A stretch of DNA of 64,000 nucleotides, taken from contig RDEW01000006.1 in the NCBI GenBank assembly GCA_011109175.1, positions 1,510,133-1,574,132 on the forward strand, in the 5' to 3' direction. This DNA is from Dicyema japonicum (taxonomy: Eukaryota; Animalia; Dicyemida). Below the pieces are notes generated by a model. The model made no database searches. It was not told the origin of the DNA and was given only the letters and a program-made list of their open reading frames with translations. Both the position numbers and the translations under genes were made by a program. Positions 38,860 through 51,150 of the stretch are shown piece after piece. Every line of letters begins with the position of its first letter. The first letter of the stretch is position 1.

Positions 38860-39890
38860 ACTACGGCTATATAACACGCTTATCCGTTCCATTTTGTTAT
38901 ACTACTTGGGAATCTGGGGGAAAATAAACAAGAGTTGGATAAACTTGACACGTTTCATTGGTGGACTTTTCTCAAAATACAATGGCCGAAGAAAATATCA
39001 AATGAAAAATTATAAAAACAAAAAAATCAACGCCATAACAACAAGCCATGAAATTGTTGAGTACAGATGAAGGCTATTTGGGTATGTCCTAAGACTAAAC
39101 TGCGACACACCATGTAATATTGCCACGGAAAAGTATTTTAATCAGAAAGGAAGACGTGCTTTCCGTGGAAGACCGAGACGGACATTACTAGTTTGCCTAA
39201 AAAAAGACTACCAGAGGACCGGAAAAAATTCAACTCCATGAATGACCTGGGTGATATTCGAAAGAACGAAAAATACTGAAAACTGATGACAGCAAGGATT
39301 GTTGAAAGTATGGCTCAAGCGAAACCAGACAAAGTCAGGGCAACGCGAACAAGCTTTTTAATAACTAATTGTTATGTTTTTCGAAGTTGTATTGATTGAG
39401 CTGATAAATGATTTAGTTTACTTAGCCATAGTAAGAAGCTGCTAAAGAGGGGACATCGTTAGGATAGTAACCCCGGCTTCATTAACTTTTAGGAGACCAG
39501 TGGATATTAAGTAGGACGTAACAAATGCCGGTCGCTCTCATGCATCAGTCAATCTGTTCAATGACCTCAGCTTTTTCAAAATGCCGTCCGAAATCTTATA
39601 CAAGAGAACAGGAACTGAGCCAAGATCATATGATATTACTGATTCAAGATGATTCAAGACTGATATTACTGATTCTGTTTGGACACATACTCCGCCACGA
39701 TATGAGAACCTCTGCCAACATAGTAACGGAGGAGTATTTCATCTTAGAGGCTTAGCGCTTCCACGGCCGGCTGAAGACAACACTTCGGTAATCCTAAATG
39801 AAGATCTCAAGAGGATTGGAAAGTGCCTTAAAGATGAGGATGATCCAGATATGCTACGGAAAATGGCAACGGATCGAAAAGATGGGCGAT
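38860..39890 (+). mobile_element. Two RTE-like 3-prime fragments (about 38860-39345 and 39640-39890)
   Basis: RLFGYVLR / LFGHILR and GRPKTTL-like motifs. Confidence 0.6.
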
Positions 39891-40189
39891 GTTAATTATA
39901 CTTTTTCGTGTTGCACATACTTTATCATGATTTTGGCATCACGTACGTGCCTATAATAAAAATACTGATAGTTATTACGCGGGAGAATAAATTATTGATG
40001 GGACGAAATTTTTTTCATTGGGACGATATAAAAAAAAGTTGAGCTCATCGGACATTCTTAAAATCAAATTTTAAATTATTAAAGTCAACGGTTTTTTCGC
40101 GGACAGTAAGCTTTTATTAATAAAATTTATATAAATAATTTTATTTTTGAAAGCATAAATTGTGTTAAAATTTAAAAAACAATTGGAGG

Positions 40190-42237
40190 TCACGGATAAA
40201 AGGACAATGCCCAACAATAACTAACTACAGCCTTGCGAATTGGAAAGGATTCAAGGAATACGTCGATAATTGTATTGGACTATTAAATTTCCCCACTTTT
40301 CCCTCCGTCGAACAATTAGTGAAATGGTTCAACTCCATTATAAACGATGCGAAAAAGAAGTACATTCCTATGGGGAGACAACCAACGTAATCAAAACGTT
40401 TAACACAACGACGAAACATCTGATCAGAGAACTAAATAATCTAAAGATGGTAAAATTGCCAACAGAAGAGAACATCAGGAAAATACGAGAATTGAACAGA
40501 GAGATCGACAACAACATAAAGACAGAAAATGCAAATAGATGGACGAGACTATCGTAAGCTCTCTACAAAAACCTCCCAATGCAAAGAGTGTGGAAGTGGA
40601 TCAAAAACATCAAAAGACCCTCCCCAGAGAGAAAAGTCGAAGTCTACATAAAACCAAACACTCTGATAAAATATTACACATCTATATCCTACAGGAAGTT
40701 TTCAAAAGAACACCAAGTATTCCTGAAAAAGATTGAACCGAAACGCTCCGATGACTGGATCCTATTTACTAGTCAGGATGTTCGCAGAGCCATATCTAAG
40801 GCCAACAACTCAGAGGCCAAAGGACCAGACAACATAACCACATGTGAACTGAGGCACCTAGGCCATCGAGCCCTGGAACTATTAGCCTATATCTTCAACC
40901 TATCCATTAACACAAATACAATCCCTGAAATATGGAAGAAGTCTCTAATCAGCTATTGGAAAACCCAACAAACCAATAAATGAACCATCTTCCTATCGCC
41001 CAATATCTATTCTAAGTCCGGTCTCAAGGATCCTTGAAAGGCTTGTTTTGGAAGAAATACAAGGTTCAATCTCAATACCTCCGACTTAGCACGGATTCCG
41101 GGATAACCATTCGACCACAACACACCTTACAACCCTCAAAGAATTCATTGCGGAAAAATTTAACTTTCCAAAACCCTATCAGATGACAGTACTTATATCT
41201 CTGGACATCACAAAATCGTTTGACTCAGTCCCTAGGAAACTCCTTACAAAGAAAATATTAGAAACCAACATCCATCCGCTCTAGAAAATTTGGCTTGGAA
41301 ACTTTTTAAATGGAAGACAAGCAACAACATCATATCAAAATCTCGCTATTTCCAAAATGGAGTCTCTCAAGGCTCCCCACTATCACCCCAACTCTTCAAT
41401 CTCTACATAAACGACATACCACAAACCTGTAATGAAAACTGTCTAATCCTCTCTTATGCCGACGATATCATTTTTGCTCCAAGACAGAAGCATTCATTCA
41501 GCGACTCAGTTGGCTCAACAAATGCTCGACAACTTGGAACTATGGCTCTCGAAGTGGAGACTTGACACATCAGCAGCAAAGTCCTTTGTCACACTGTTTA
41601 CCACCTACAAAAGACAGCTCTGTATCGAACCAAAAGTCTTTATGAAGAACGAAGCTATCTCTATTAACAAAACACCGAAGATTCTGGGAGTAACCTTTGA
41701 TCAGGGACTCACCTTTATCCGGCATGTTGAAAACAGAGTAACTTCTGCTCTGAAAAAATGAGAATTTTAAAAGTGCTCTCAAAAACACTTAGAGAGCAAA
41801 CTGGGATCCTTGCCACGATTTACAAACAATTTATCCGACCAACGATGACGTATGCAAGTCCTTCATGGGCAATGCAAATGTCACGATCTTCCACATTGAA
41901 ATTATCTGCAATCGAGGAGACTGCAATAAGGTTAATTGGACCAGATCACAATATCCAACCTATTGAAAACTTTTTAATTGAACTACAACGGAAACTATTA
42001 AAGGAGGCTGTTCTACCGAGCTGCCCTCTATTCCAAATACTATCGAATTATCTACAATCATACAGAAATTTTGAGCCGATGCCATGTCCAATGAGAAGAG
42101 CTGTTCAGGATTCTCGACCCCGCCGGACTCGTCCTCACCTTTGTCAGTCTGGGATCACTTAGTTAGATGAGAACTTTTATTTCTTTCTCTTTGACCCAGT
42201 GATCCTGGGGGTAATAATAATAATAATAATAATAATT
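40190..42237 (+). mobile_element. I/Jockey-like LINE ORF2, 5-prime truncated, (TAA)n tail
   Basis: AKGPDNIT...LRHLG, SYRPISIL, SQGSPLSPQLFNLYINDI, LSYADD and PKILGVTFD. Tail at about 42213-42237. Confidence 0.9.
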
Positions 42238-43069
42238 AGTTACTGTGTATCTCCGTTGCTGTTACCACTTGGGTCTTAATGCCTACCTATACAAGACGGA
42301 CAGACAAAGTAGCCAATTTACTCTTTGTGTGCACTTGATGACCGCGGGAAAGAATACTTTTTCTCTTGTCCTGGCACGCCTTCTATAACTCCTCCACATG
42401 GGATCAACCTTTGGATCTCAGAGAACATCCGTCTTTGGTAATTACGTTCTTGTTAGCCACTAGTTAAATTTATTTGAATGGACCGTAGATAATTAATTAA
42501 TTCTAGCACGAAAACGGTCCTTGTTATTATAACTAAAGAAAAATTATTGCAAAGCAGGAAACTCCAAGGATCTTTAGAATTCGCAATGGAAATTGACCGG
42601 AACACGAAATATCGACTCGACTTTTCTGAAAAGTCTTTAATCTGGGAAAATTCCTTTCTAAGGTTCTTAACCTGCAATGATCGAGGTTAACATATTATTT
42701 TTTACATTTGTAGAAAGATCATAATTCTACCGGGTAGACTTAATGGGTGAGGTACTCTCGGTTTTTGGGGCAAGTCTCTAATTCAAAAAATTGTAAAAAC
42801 AGTAATACTTCTTTTCTGTTCTAGTGGTCTGTGAGAAAAGATGAAATCTTTATTGTTTAGAAAGACAAATTTCCGTGATTTATGAAAAACTCAAATAGTG
42901 AGGATCATGAAGTGATTTAATCAGCGTCAAAATTGTCTGGATGACATCTGAACTTTTTCCCTGCTACAAAAATATGTGATAAGAAAATAAAAGAAAACAT
43001 ATCAGAGATGAATGACATTATTATATAAAATAATTTTGACTATGTTGTCGCGAGTGGAAAAGATCTATA

Positions 43070-43745
43070 TTTACTCCAATACCTAAAAAAGGGGATAACA
43101 AGGACTGTTAAAACTGTCGTACAATAGCCTTAATTCCCCACGTCAGCAAAATACTTCTAAAGATAATACAACATCGTCTAATGCCGAAATGATTCTACCG
43201 GATGTCCAAGCAGGATTCAGGAAGGGACGAGGCACATGTGACCATATAACGAATGTCCGGTGGATTATGGAGAAAGCCCATGAATCCCAAAAGAGTGTAT
43301 ACATGTGCTTCATTGACTATCGGAAAGCTTTTGATTCCGTTATACATGACAAGCTGTGGTCCGCTTTAAAAGAATTTGGATTCGATTCCCATCTGATATT
43401 GCTTATCAAATCTCTTTATAAGGATCAAGAAGCTACTGTTAGAACAGTGTATGGAGATACCGATTGGTTCAAAATTGGTAAAGGAGTAAGACAAGGATGC
43501 TTATTATCTCCCGTCCTATTCAATATTTTAGCTATTCAATATTATTATCCCCCATCCGTTTTTTGGGCATGTTGTCCGCTCTGATTCTCTGGAAAGAACC
43601 ATTATGCTGAGCAATATTACTGGGAAGAGAAGACCTGATCGACCGAGGACTCGGTGGCTATCCACGATGGAAGACGTCACGGCTACTCCAAATTGCGACG
43701 GATCGGGGAGAGTGGAGAAAATTGGCTCAGAAAAATAGATCAAGT
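43070..43745 (+). mobile_element. RTE/BovB-like LINE with internal deletion
   Basis: LPDVQAGFRKGRGT...FIDYRKAFDSV...GVRQGCLLSPVLFNI joined to FGHVVRSDSLERTIML...RPRTRW. Confidence 0.85.
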
Positions 43746-44010
43746 TGTTTGTGAAATATCTGGTTTTAGGCATTTTTATAAATCGGTCCCAAAACTGGGT
43801 CTCAACTAACACTGAATAGATGCATGGCGCTTACCGTTGTGGACACCACGCTTTGGAGGAATTTTGTGGAAAAAGATTCCTTATTAAAAGAGATGTTAAT
43901 CTTCAGATGACACTACCATAGATGCCAGTTTTGCAGTGCCACGAAAACAATATGACGATGTGAGTGAGTCACATAACTATATTTTTTCTAAAAATAATAA
44001 TTTCATAAAA

Positions 44011-44210
44011 GCTGGGTGGCTTAGTGGTTAGTTGTCGGGCTTTAGTGGCTTAGGCTACGGGTTCGGATCTCGCTGCTGTTCACCTGGTGGAAGGTTCCAC
44101 GCATCTACGATGCAGAAAGGGTTTGACGAGTGACGCCGTCATCAGTGAATACTCACTGCGGAACTGGATTGTCTAGAAATGACACTCACACAAGAAAAAG
44201 AAAAAAAGAA
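44011..44210 (+). mobile_element. tRNA-derived SINE
   Basis: A-box-like TGGCTTAGTGG and B-box-like GGTTCGGATC in a degenerate tRNA-like head, a body with two hairpins and an A-rich tail. A second, truncated copy lies at 27141. Confidence 0.7.
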
Positions 44211-44329
44211 TAAAAATACCAAAAAAGACCAGATTCAGGGTCCAAAGGTTCATAAAATTTAGTATTGATTAATTTTTATAGAACACAAATTTCTTATTCA
44301 AACAAATAAACAAGTGTTAATTGAGGAAT

Positions 44330-44660
44330 CCTGCTGCGTGGATCGTGAACGTGTTTCCTCGGTGTATGGCCATTCCAATCTTTTGTCTTAGCCAGAACGC
44401 TTCTTGTTAATCCCTTTTTTCCTGGAAAGCAATTCTCCGAGTTCGCGGAAGAACTCAGCCGTCATTCGACCAACGACTCCTGATGACTTGACCGCAACAG
44501 GAGTAAATCGTTACTGGTCCAGAGGAAAGAATATTTCTTGATTTTTTGGTTTTCCGCAGTTGAAGCAGCTGCTCCAGGTGTCTGAACCGATTTAAAAAGG
44601 TTCGTGCTTGACTGTGTATTAACACAAGTTGCGTCCCAGACCAAAGATAACAGGATCATC
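44330..44660 (-). mobile_element. CRE-clade 3-prime fragment
   Basis: LVWDATCVNT...AENQKIKKY...WLRQKIGMAIHRGN. Confidence 0.75.
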
Positions 44661-44963
44661 CGTCAGGTCTCTTTCCATCTCCTCGATCGAGACCACGAGG
44701 TCAAGCTGTAATGGGAAGTCTGTAATTTTTATTAAAAATGGCAGCTGTCCAAATCGTGTCTATTGGTTGACAGCGCTCTCGACAACACTGACGGTGTGAT
44801 AGCATTATGGGCATGTGATATAATATTCAGATTTAATAAAACGATTTAGTATTTTCTGGTGTACCCAGAAATACGGGTGACATGCCAAAACTGAAAAATT
44901 AAATAAAAAAGATTAAATTTATAAAACTATCACATTGTAGTCATTTTCTCTTCATAAAAATTC

Positions 44964-47900
44964 TTAATATGCACAAAAATCAACCAGATCAGTAGAATTG
45001 GACATTCTTCTCAAATAATTAATAGGCACATATCCCTCCTCGTCCTTAGATTCCGCCAGACAGAAGCCGTGACTGTTAATGGGTCCTTTCACATAAACTG
45101 TCTGTCCTCGTCTCAGCCTCATTTGTTTCCCCTAACGTAAAGAAAGACATCCTACAATATCCATGTCAAAGTTTATCGATGATATCGGATCAAAGTCGAA
45201 GATCGCCACATAATACTCCGTTTTATGAGACCTCTTCTGTTTTGGACTCAATTCACTGAGCTTCTCAGTATCAGTGATCTCTTTGACCACATTGCTGGGT
45301 ACATAACCGAATCGCCCTCTACACTCACCCTGGTAGAATCCATCTGCGTCCATCTCCCCATATATTTTTATTATGTCGTCCTTAGTGAAAGCGATCTCCT
45401 CGTCAGCCGAGTCTTTGTTTGGGGACATTGTGAAGGGATCGTACGTATACAAGGCCAGGAAATACCTAATCTGAAGTAGAACTGTGAAATACTTTGGAGT
45501 TATTCACATTCTCTTCTTCGGTATCCAATTTGACGGGCATCTCATCAAAATCGGTTGGTTTGTAGTCAAGCTTCCTTAAATCGGCATTTTTTAAAAGTGG
45601 GGATGGTTTATGTTCTGGTTTGGGTTCCTCTGGAAGCTGGAAGACATCGCAAATGAAATTTTTCGTGATCTCAAACGGAGTACTGTCCGCAGACTCTGTC
45701 CCGTCGTACCCGAACGACCGAATAGTCATTTTCCTGACCAATCCCTTCTGCAAGCATCTGGCAGGGAGAATCACATGATCACCTCCACTAAGGTTAAATC
45801 AACAACTTTTAGCTCCAAAGACTTCACGGACCAAAATTCCGTCAAAGAAAATCGCGTAACCCTTTGGTCCCAGAATCTGGTCTTTTTTGGTAGATGGTCG
45901 CCAACTGACCAAGAGAGTGTCACTTTGGGGTCCAGGTTCAAGCATGATGGATGTAGGTGCGTCAAAATTGCCTAAATTAATCTCCCATCTAAATACATGG
46001 TTTATCTGTCTTGAAGGTTATCGTTTCCGAGTCGGTGGTGATCTTCTGTTTCCTCTGTGAGTCAACGAAGACAGCAGTGACTCTAATAGTTCATTATAAT
46101 AATCAATCAGCCAATTTTATAATCAAATTAACTTATTAAATACCTAAGTTTATGCTCATTAAGGGGATTCAAGTGGGAGATACAGACTTGTTGAACTCCC
46201 GGTCTCAAGAAAGCCATATCTGCATCATTCACGTAGACAATATGATGGCAGTTACTGTTCCCTGGTCGCCAGCTTACCGTCACTGAATACCCTGTGACGT
46301 TTTCGACTTTCACGTGGGTTGGTGTCGAAGAGGAACCTGAAATGAGTGGGACACAACCTTTCCCCACCAGAATTGAGCACTGGTACATCTCTGATCTCAC
46401 GAAAGGATCTATTTTACTGACTACAGAGATCCGGGACAACTGAAATGATCACTAATTTACCTCTTCGAGGTCTATATTGTCTAGTAAATGTCTGGGCTTG
46501 TTTTGGACGGGAATTATAGCTTTTTTTTCATCATTCAAGTAGATCTCATACACTTGACCATCCTCTGTTGGGGTTGGGGGAGGAGTCCAAGAGATTAACA
46601 GACCATTGTTGAATTCCCTCTCAACCTTCAGCTTTGTAGGTGGTAAGACGAATATGTTGTCAATCTGTCTGTGTTTGCTATGAATCGTCTAGGATTTATA
46701 CTTAAAGAACCTCACAAGACGATATATTGATCTCTTTTTGGATATTCTGATCCGTCTCATGCGAGTCACAATCAATAATGTCTATCCTCACATCACTCTC
46801 GTTCACTTTCTCAAATCTAAGGTCACTGAGTAGTTCTACAAGTTCGGGTCATCTGTTTGAGTTTCCTTCTCAAACTTTTCAGAAACCCACAGATCTTCTG
46901 ATGACTTCCTAGGATTTCTAGAACTGACAAAACTTGTCATTACTTGTCCAAGTCGTCTGTTTTGACACGTGGGTGGTCATCCTAAAGTAACCCGTATAGT
47001 AACCATTATTTGATTATGACTCTGCTGTTTCTGTAATAACAACACATTTTACTAATTGAGACTCCAACTCCTTGATGGTCGATATCTTCTTCTCCAATTC
47101 ATTAAGCAAAGCCTTGTTTTCTTCTTCAACCCCAGGATTGCCTACAGTAGATCGTTATAGGACCTTTTCGTAATGCGAGGTATCAACAATATCGGGGACA
47201 CTTTTAATTTTCGCCTGTAAATGACTGAGTTTGCGATCAAATTCTGTTTTGACCCTCTCATATTTGTTGATATACTAAAATGAGGTCACAACTGACATTT
47301 CTGTTGGTCTCCTCCAAGGCATCTATTCTGTTCTCGTACTGAGTGTTTTTGATCTTCAGAGCATTAATAGACTCAATTAGGCGGGCATTTTCATCATTCT
47401 TTACTTCAAATCAATAAATTACAATTTCTGCCATTTGAGTGGCCACGTGTGTGAATCTTTCCAGTTCAGCCCGCAATGCGGCGTTGGTGTCAACCAATGC
47501 CCGAGTTCTGTCACGCTCTAGATCGTAGTGAGCCTTCATTTGCTTGTTCTCCCGTTTCATGCTGATTATCTATTCATTAATTGCCTCAAAATTGGACTAT
47601 TCAGCTAATTAGCGTATTTATGCATTCTAGGATAGTCAAGTGATCCGATTATAAATGGGAACAATTATCGCTGTAGTATCAATGACACACAATATGTGCT
47701 AAACACGTGCAAATAACTTAGTTTAAACTACTTCACAACTATGAGACAATTCTTGTATTTTGCGGGCATTAATATTTTATTATCCCATCAATTGATTATG
47801 CCTTAACGATACAATCGATATTATGCCCACGTGCATACTTTTTGTTCATGCGAGGATATCTCTTGCTTTTTTAAGTCACTTTGACAACGCAGGAGGTTTA

Positions 47901-48290
47901 TTTGCTTGGAGAATTCCTGCAAGTCTTTTCGAATGAATTTTTCGGTTGATTTCTGTCTGTCCTTTAAAGTTAGGATGGCATTCATTCGCTTGTGTCACCA
48001 AACTCGATACATCTGAGTTTTGAAGCCGTAAGTGGTCGATCACTACCTCTTGCTGTTCACATAGCGACTGCAGACGAATACACTTTTCTGACATAACATC
48101 CCCCTCTCCTATATTTTCCTATGCATAATTCTACTACTTGCCAGTTCATTTATACTTTTTGGCTCATTCTTGGTAAAGCCTTGTCTAACTTTCTCATTTT
48201 GATTGTTACGATCAGTTTTCCCTATCTTATAATAAATTAAGGTCTTCCCTTATGGAGGTAATTGTTTAGATCTTCCGGTCTGTGCTTCAT
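44964..48290 (-). CDS. RIMBP2: RIMS-binding protein (RIM-BP)-like: coiled coil, three FN3, two SH3
   Basis: SH3 ALYTYDPFTMSPNKDSADEEIAFTKDDIIKIYGEMDADGFYQGE...YVPSNVV, a second SH3 to the stop at 44964, and FN3 motifs LLISWTP, VTVSWRPGNSN and LLVSWRP. Introns: 45132-45155, 45471-45492, 45783-45806 (acceptor uncertain), 45972-45996, 46083-46143, 46337-46357, 46440-46460, 46689-46710, 46817-46839, 46924-46943, 46982-47003, 47031-47052, 47142-47163, 47275-47296, 47399-47422, 48119-48141. Junctions at 47570-47970 and the start are unresolved. One 1-nt loss near 47128. Confidence 0.85.
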
Positions 48291-48543
48291 CAGGTGTATT
48301 ACACAATTTTAATTCCCCTTTACGGAGTGTTATAGATATATTGGATTGATTACATAGCACAAACATGTGTGCCTATCGATTACTAACAGCGTAGTTAGTA
48401 TTGCTCACAGCCTCATAGCTCATAATCTGACGTCTACAGCCTATTTCCCTATTTCAGTGGGTCTTTCATTGCTAAAACCTCAAAGATCAATTAACCTCGG
48501 AAAATATCACTTCTAATATCGATTATCAAATTAATGCCAAATA

Positions 48544-48632
48544 GCCAAATTTCAAGATTCTTTAAGGATGTTGAATGTCGCGGTTACAGTGCCAAATTTC
48601 AAGATTCTTTAAGGTTGTTGAAGTCGGGGACA
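48544..48632. repeat. Tandem repeat of about 47 bp, two copies
   Basis: GCCAAATTTCAAGATTCTTTAAGG at 48544 and 48591. Confidence 0.85.
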
Positions 48633-48849
48633 CTATTAATTATTTATTTTGTATTAATAATAAAGATAATAAAGATCACTGACCCTGTTAAACATAATCG
48701 GATCGCTCACCACTAAAGGTTAAATGATAAAGAAAAGAGAGGCAAATTGAGCCTATTTCCTGAAAATCGTCTGGGGAAATGTGTTCTCGATTATAAGAGC
48801 AGGCAGTAATTGTACCTGTTAATTTTTGTTTGTAATTGGCTTAAGGTCT

Positions 48850-48935
48850 GGCTGAGGCAAAGAATTGGTATCGCAGTTGTTCGCGGAAACGCTTACTCCG
48901 TGATGTCAACAGCCGCTCTCCCCCATAGTTAATAA
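48850..48935 (+). mobile_element. Very short CRE 3-prime end
   Basis: WLRQRIGIAVVRGNAYSVMSTAALP, then CATAGTTAAT as at 14992. Confidence 0.8.
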
Positions 48936-49166
48936 ATAATATTTTATTGTTAATAAATTTTTGATAGTAAAAAAAAATTGGCTTAATAAATTAAAAAAAA
49001 GATGTCAGCACTGTATCGTACAGTGATGGCACGTGACCTTGAACATACTTGCTAGTGATTTGACGTCAAGATGATTTCATGGGGATCGACCCATACGTTG
49101 ATTTGACCTCAAAAACATCATTAAGAGTATTTTATGAATAATAAAATTTAATCTATTTGGTTATAG

Positions 49167-49440
49167 TCAAGCTAGTTTAAACAACACAACTATGAGACAA
49201 ACAACTATGAATATTTTAAAAGTGGTGATAGATATTATTGATTGACTACTCCACGACGCACGTGAGACCCGATGGCTTCCCCAGTTGATCTCTGTTGCAA
49301 TTGTGAGAGGCAACGCAACGTCGATTTTGCGTAAATCCTCGATTAACGAATTGCAAAATTCCTTACCATTGTCTGTATGTAAGATCAATGGCGATCCGAC
49401 ATAAACAAACATATTTTGAGAGTCCACAACAACCAAAATC
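49167..49440 (-). mobile_element. rve integrase remnant (Gypsy/Ginger/KRBA2-like)
   Basis: GSPLILHTDNGKEFCNSLIEDL. Confidence 0.65.
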
Positions 49441-50617
49441 TAAACTTTAATATTAAAAGTCATACCTGTAAATATCCATTATTCATTTCTGAGTATCTCC
49501 TTAGGTCTATTAAGTCATCCCCTTGACCTTCTAGAAAAAATCGGTATTATAAGCGGTTTCGTGTTGAGTAATTTCTTTTATGTGGAAATAAAAGGCAAAA
49601 ATATTTGAAAAACTACACAATTTGGAATAACTGTCCCAATGAGATCCCTTCCAATCTTGTAATACTCCTGTCTCATTTTTGGAAATGACCGGTCTCTACC
49701 AAAGTGATTATAATTATGCTCTGACTAATAAATTGTGACTTTAAGGTACACCTCTATTGTTTTTAGCTCTAATTCCTGTTTTTCTTTGCAAAAAATCGTA
49801 GCTTTTTACTACCGTGTAAAATATAGGTCTTTTCCTTTTGGAAAATAAAAATTTTAGAGAGTTTCTCAGATGAAATCTGTCAAGTGGACTAGTGTCTCCA
49901 CCATCGTCAAGATTATTACTGATTTCCTTTAATTTCTTAATTTTTATTAGTTAATCTCACTAGAATATCGCAATGGAAGATTACTACTCCTCCAATGTAA
50001 AACGCTTTCGTGGAAGACCGAAAACAACCCTCCCTGTCGTTCTACAAAACGATCTGAAATCCGTGAAGAAAACATTGCATCTGGTGACGATCTGGACACA
50101 CTGAGGGACCTGGCTAAGGACAAAAGAGCTTGGAGCAAGCTAGCTCTTTCTCTTATATTTTTTGCTGCACATGCTATAAATATTATGGCTCTCGTGAAAC
50201 TGCTAATAATAATCCCACTAGACGCACATGTTTTATTTATTTTATTTAACACCCAAGACCACGGTAGAACCAAACTAGCTATCACGAGATCCCGATGCGT
50301 GAAATCCTCATCCTTTCCCGGAACTCCACCCTTGTTCCCACACAAGCTCCGTACTGGGCGGCTGACTTGTATTTGCAGGGCCACTTTCCCACGTGCCGGA
50401 GTTTGATTTTATGAGGGCCTCCATAGTAGTCGGTCCTGTTCTGTGTCTCCCACAAGTCCACCGCTCCGTGACTCTAAAAGCCTTCTTTGTACGTTTTCGC
50501 TTTTCTTAGTATTCGTCCATGATAATGAAAGTCCCCACGAAGCATGTTTCAATGTAATATGTTCACGTTAAATTAAATAATTTTAAACTCATTATTATTA
50601 TAAGGAAAAAAGAATAG

Positions 50618-51150
50618 TTAATTCAGCTGTTGGGAGATGCATAAGCTATTCCCACGGACAACAGCCAACGAGAGCCTCTCCTTGAGCCATCTCGTCTCAC
50701 GAAGATCACCAGTTTTGTCAGTTAGTAGTTTTCCCAAATGGTTCAGGAACTTCAGCGTTTTAGGGCCAAAGTTCCCCGAAGTTTCAATCGCGACAGGTGC
50801 GAAAATGTACCTGTCGCTGATATCCGAATATTTAGCATTTTTTACTTCCTCTGCTTGAGAAGAAGGTCTGCCCAGTGAGTTATTTTTTTGCTTGGGGCGA
50901 AAGAGCAGACACAGGTCACATCCCATACAAGGTTTCGCCCTCGCTCAAAAGGAAAGGAGGTCATGCCGTCAGGGCGTCTTCCGTTGTCAAATAGACCAGT
51001 CGGTTCGATCCGGCAACGGAATCCAGCCGATTCTAATGCCCTCTTAATGATGCCGTTCATTGCCGAATGTCGAGAAGATCTGCCAATTCCGCTCCGGCAT
51101 GAGAGGAGGTGGAGACCCAGTTCGTCCGATAGACAGCCAAATTATTAAAT
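50618..51150 (-). mobile_element. CRE-clade 3-prime fragment with RLE domain
   Basis: GRRPDGMTSFPFERGRNLVWDVTCV and KYSDISDRYIFAPVAIETSGNFG...WLKERLSLAVVRGN. Confidence 0.85.

Noticed and set aside
43528-43812. Twin-priming inversion of an RTE, suggested by the minus-strand ORF
   Set aside because: The RTE motifs read on the plus strand on both sides; it is an internal deletion and the ORF is an antisense shadow.
44011-44082. Functional tRNA gene
   Set aside because: The acceptor and anticodon stems do not pair, and the sequence continues into a repeated SINE body.
44115-44160. Hammerhead ribozyme on the minus strand (CTGATGA followed by a stem)
   Set aside because: The stem is followed by TCAAA rather than GAAA, and no stem I/III with a UH site is evident.
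45132-47422. Introner-like origin of the tiny introns
   Set aside because: The introns share length but no evident sequence similarity, TIRs or flanking direct repeats by eye.
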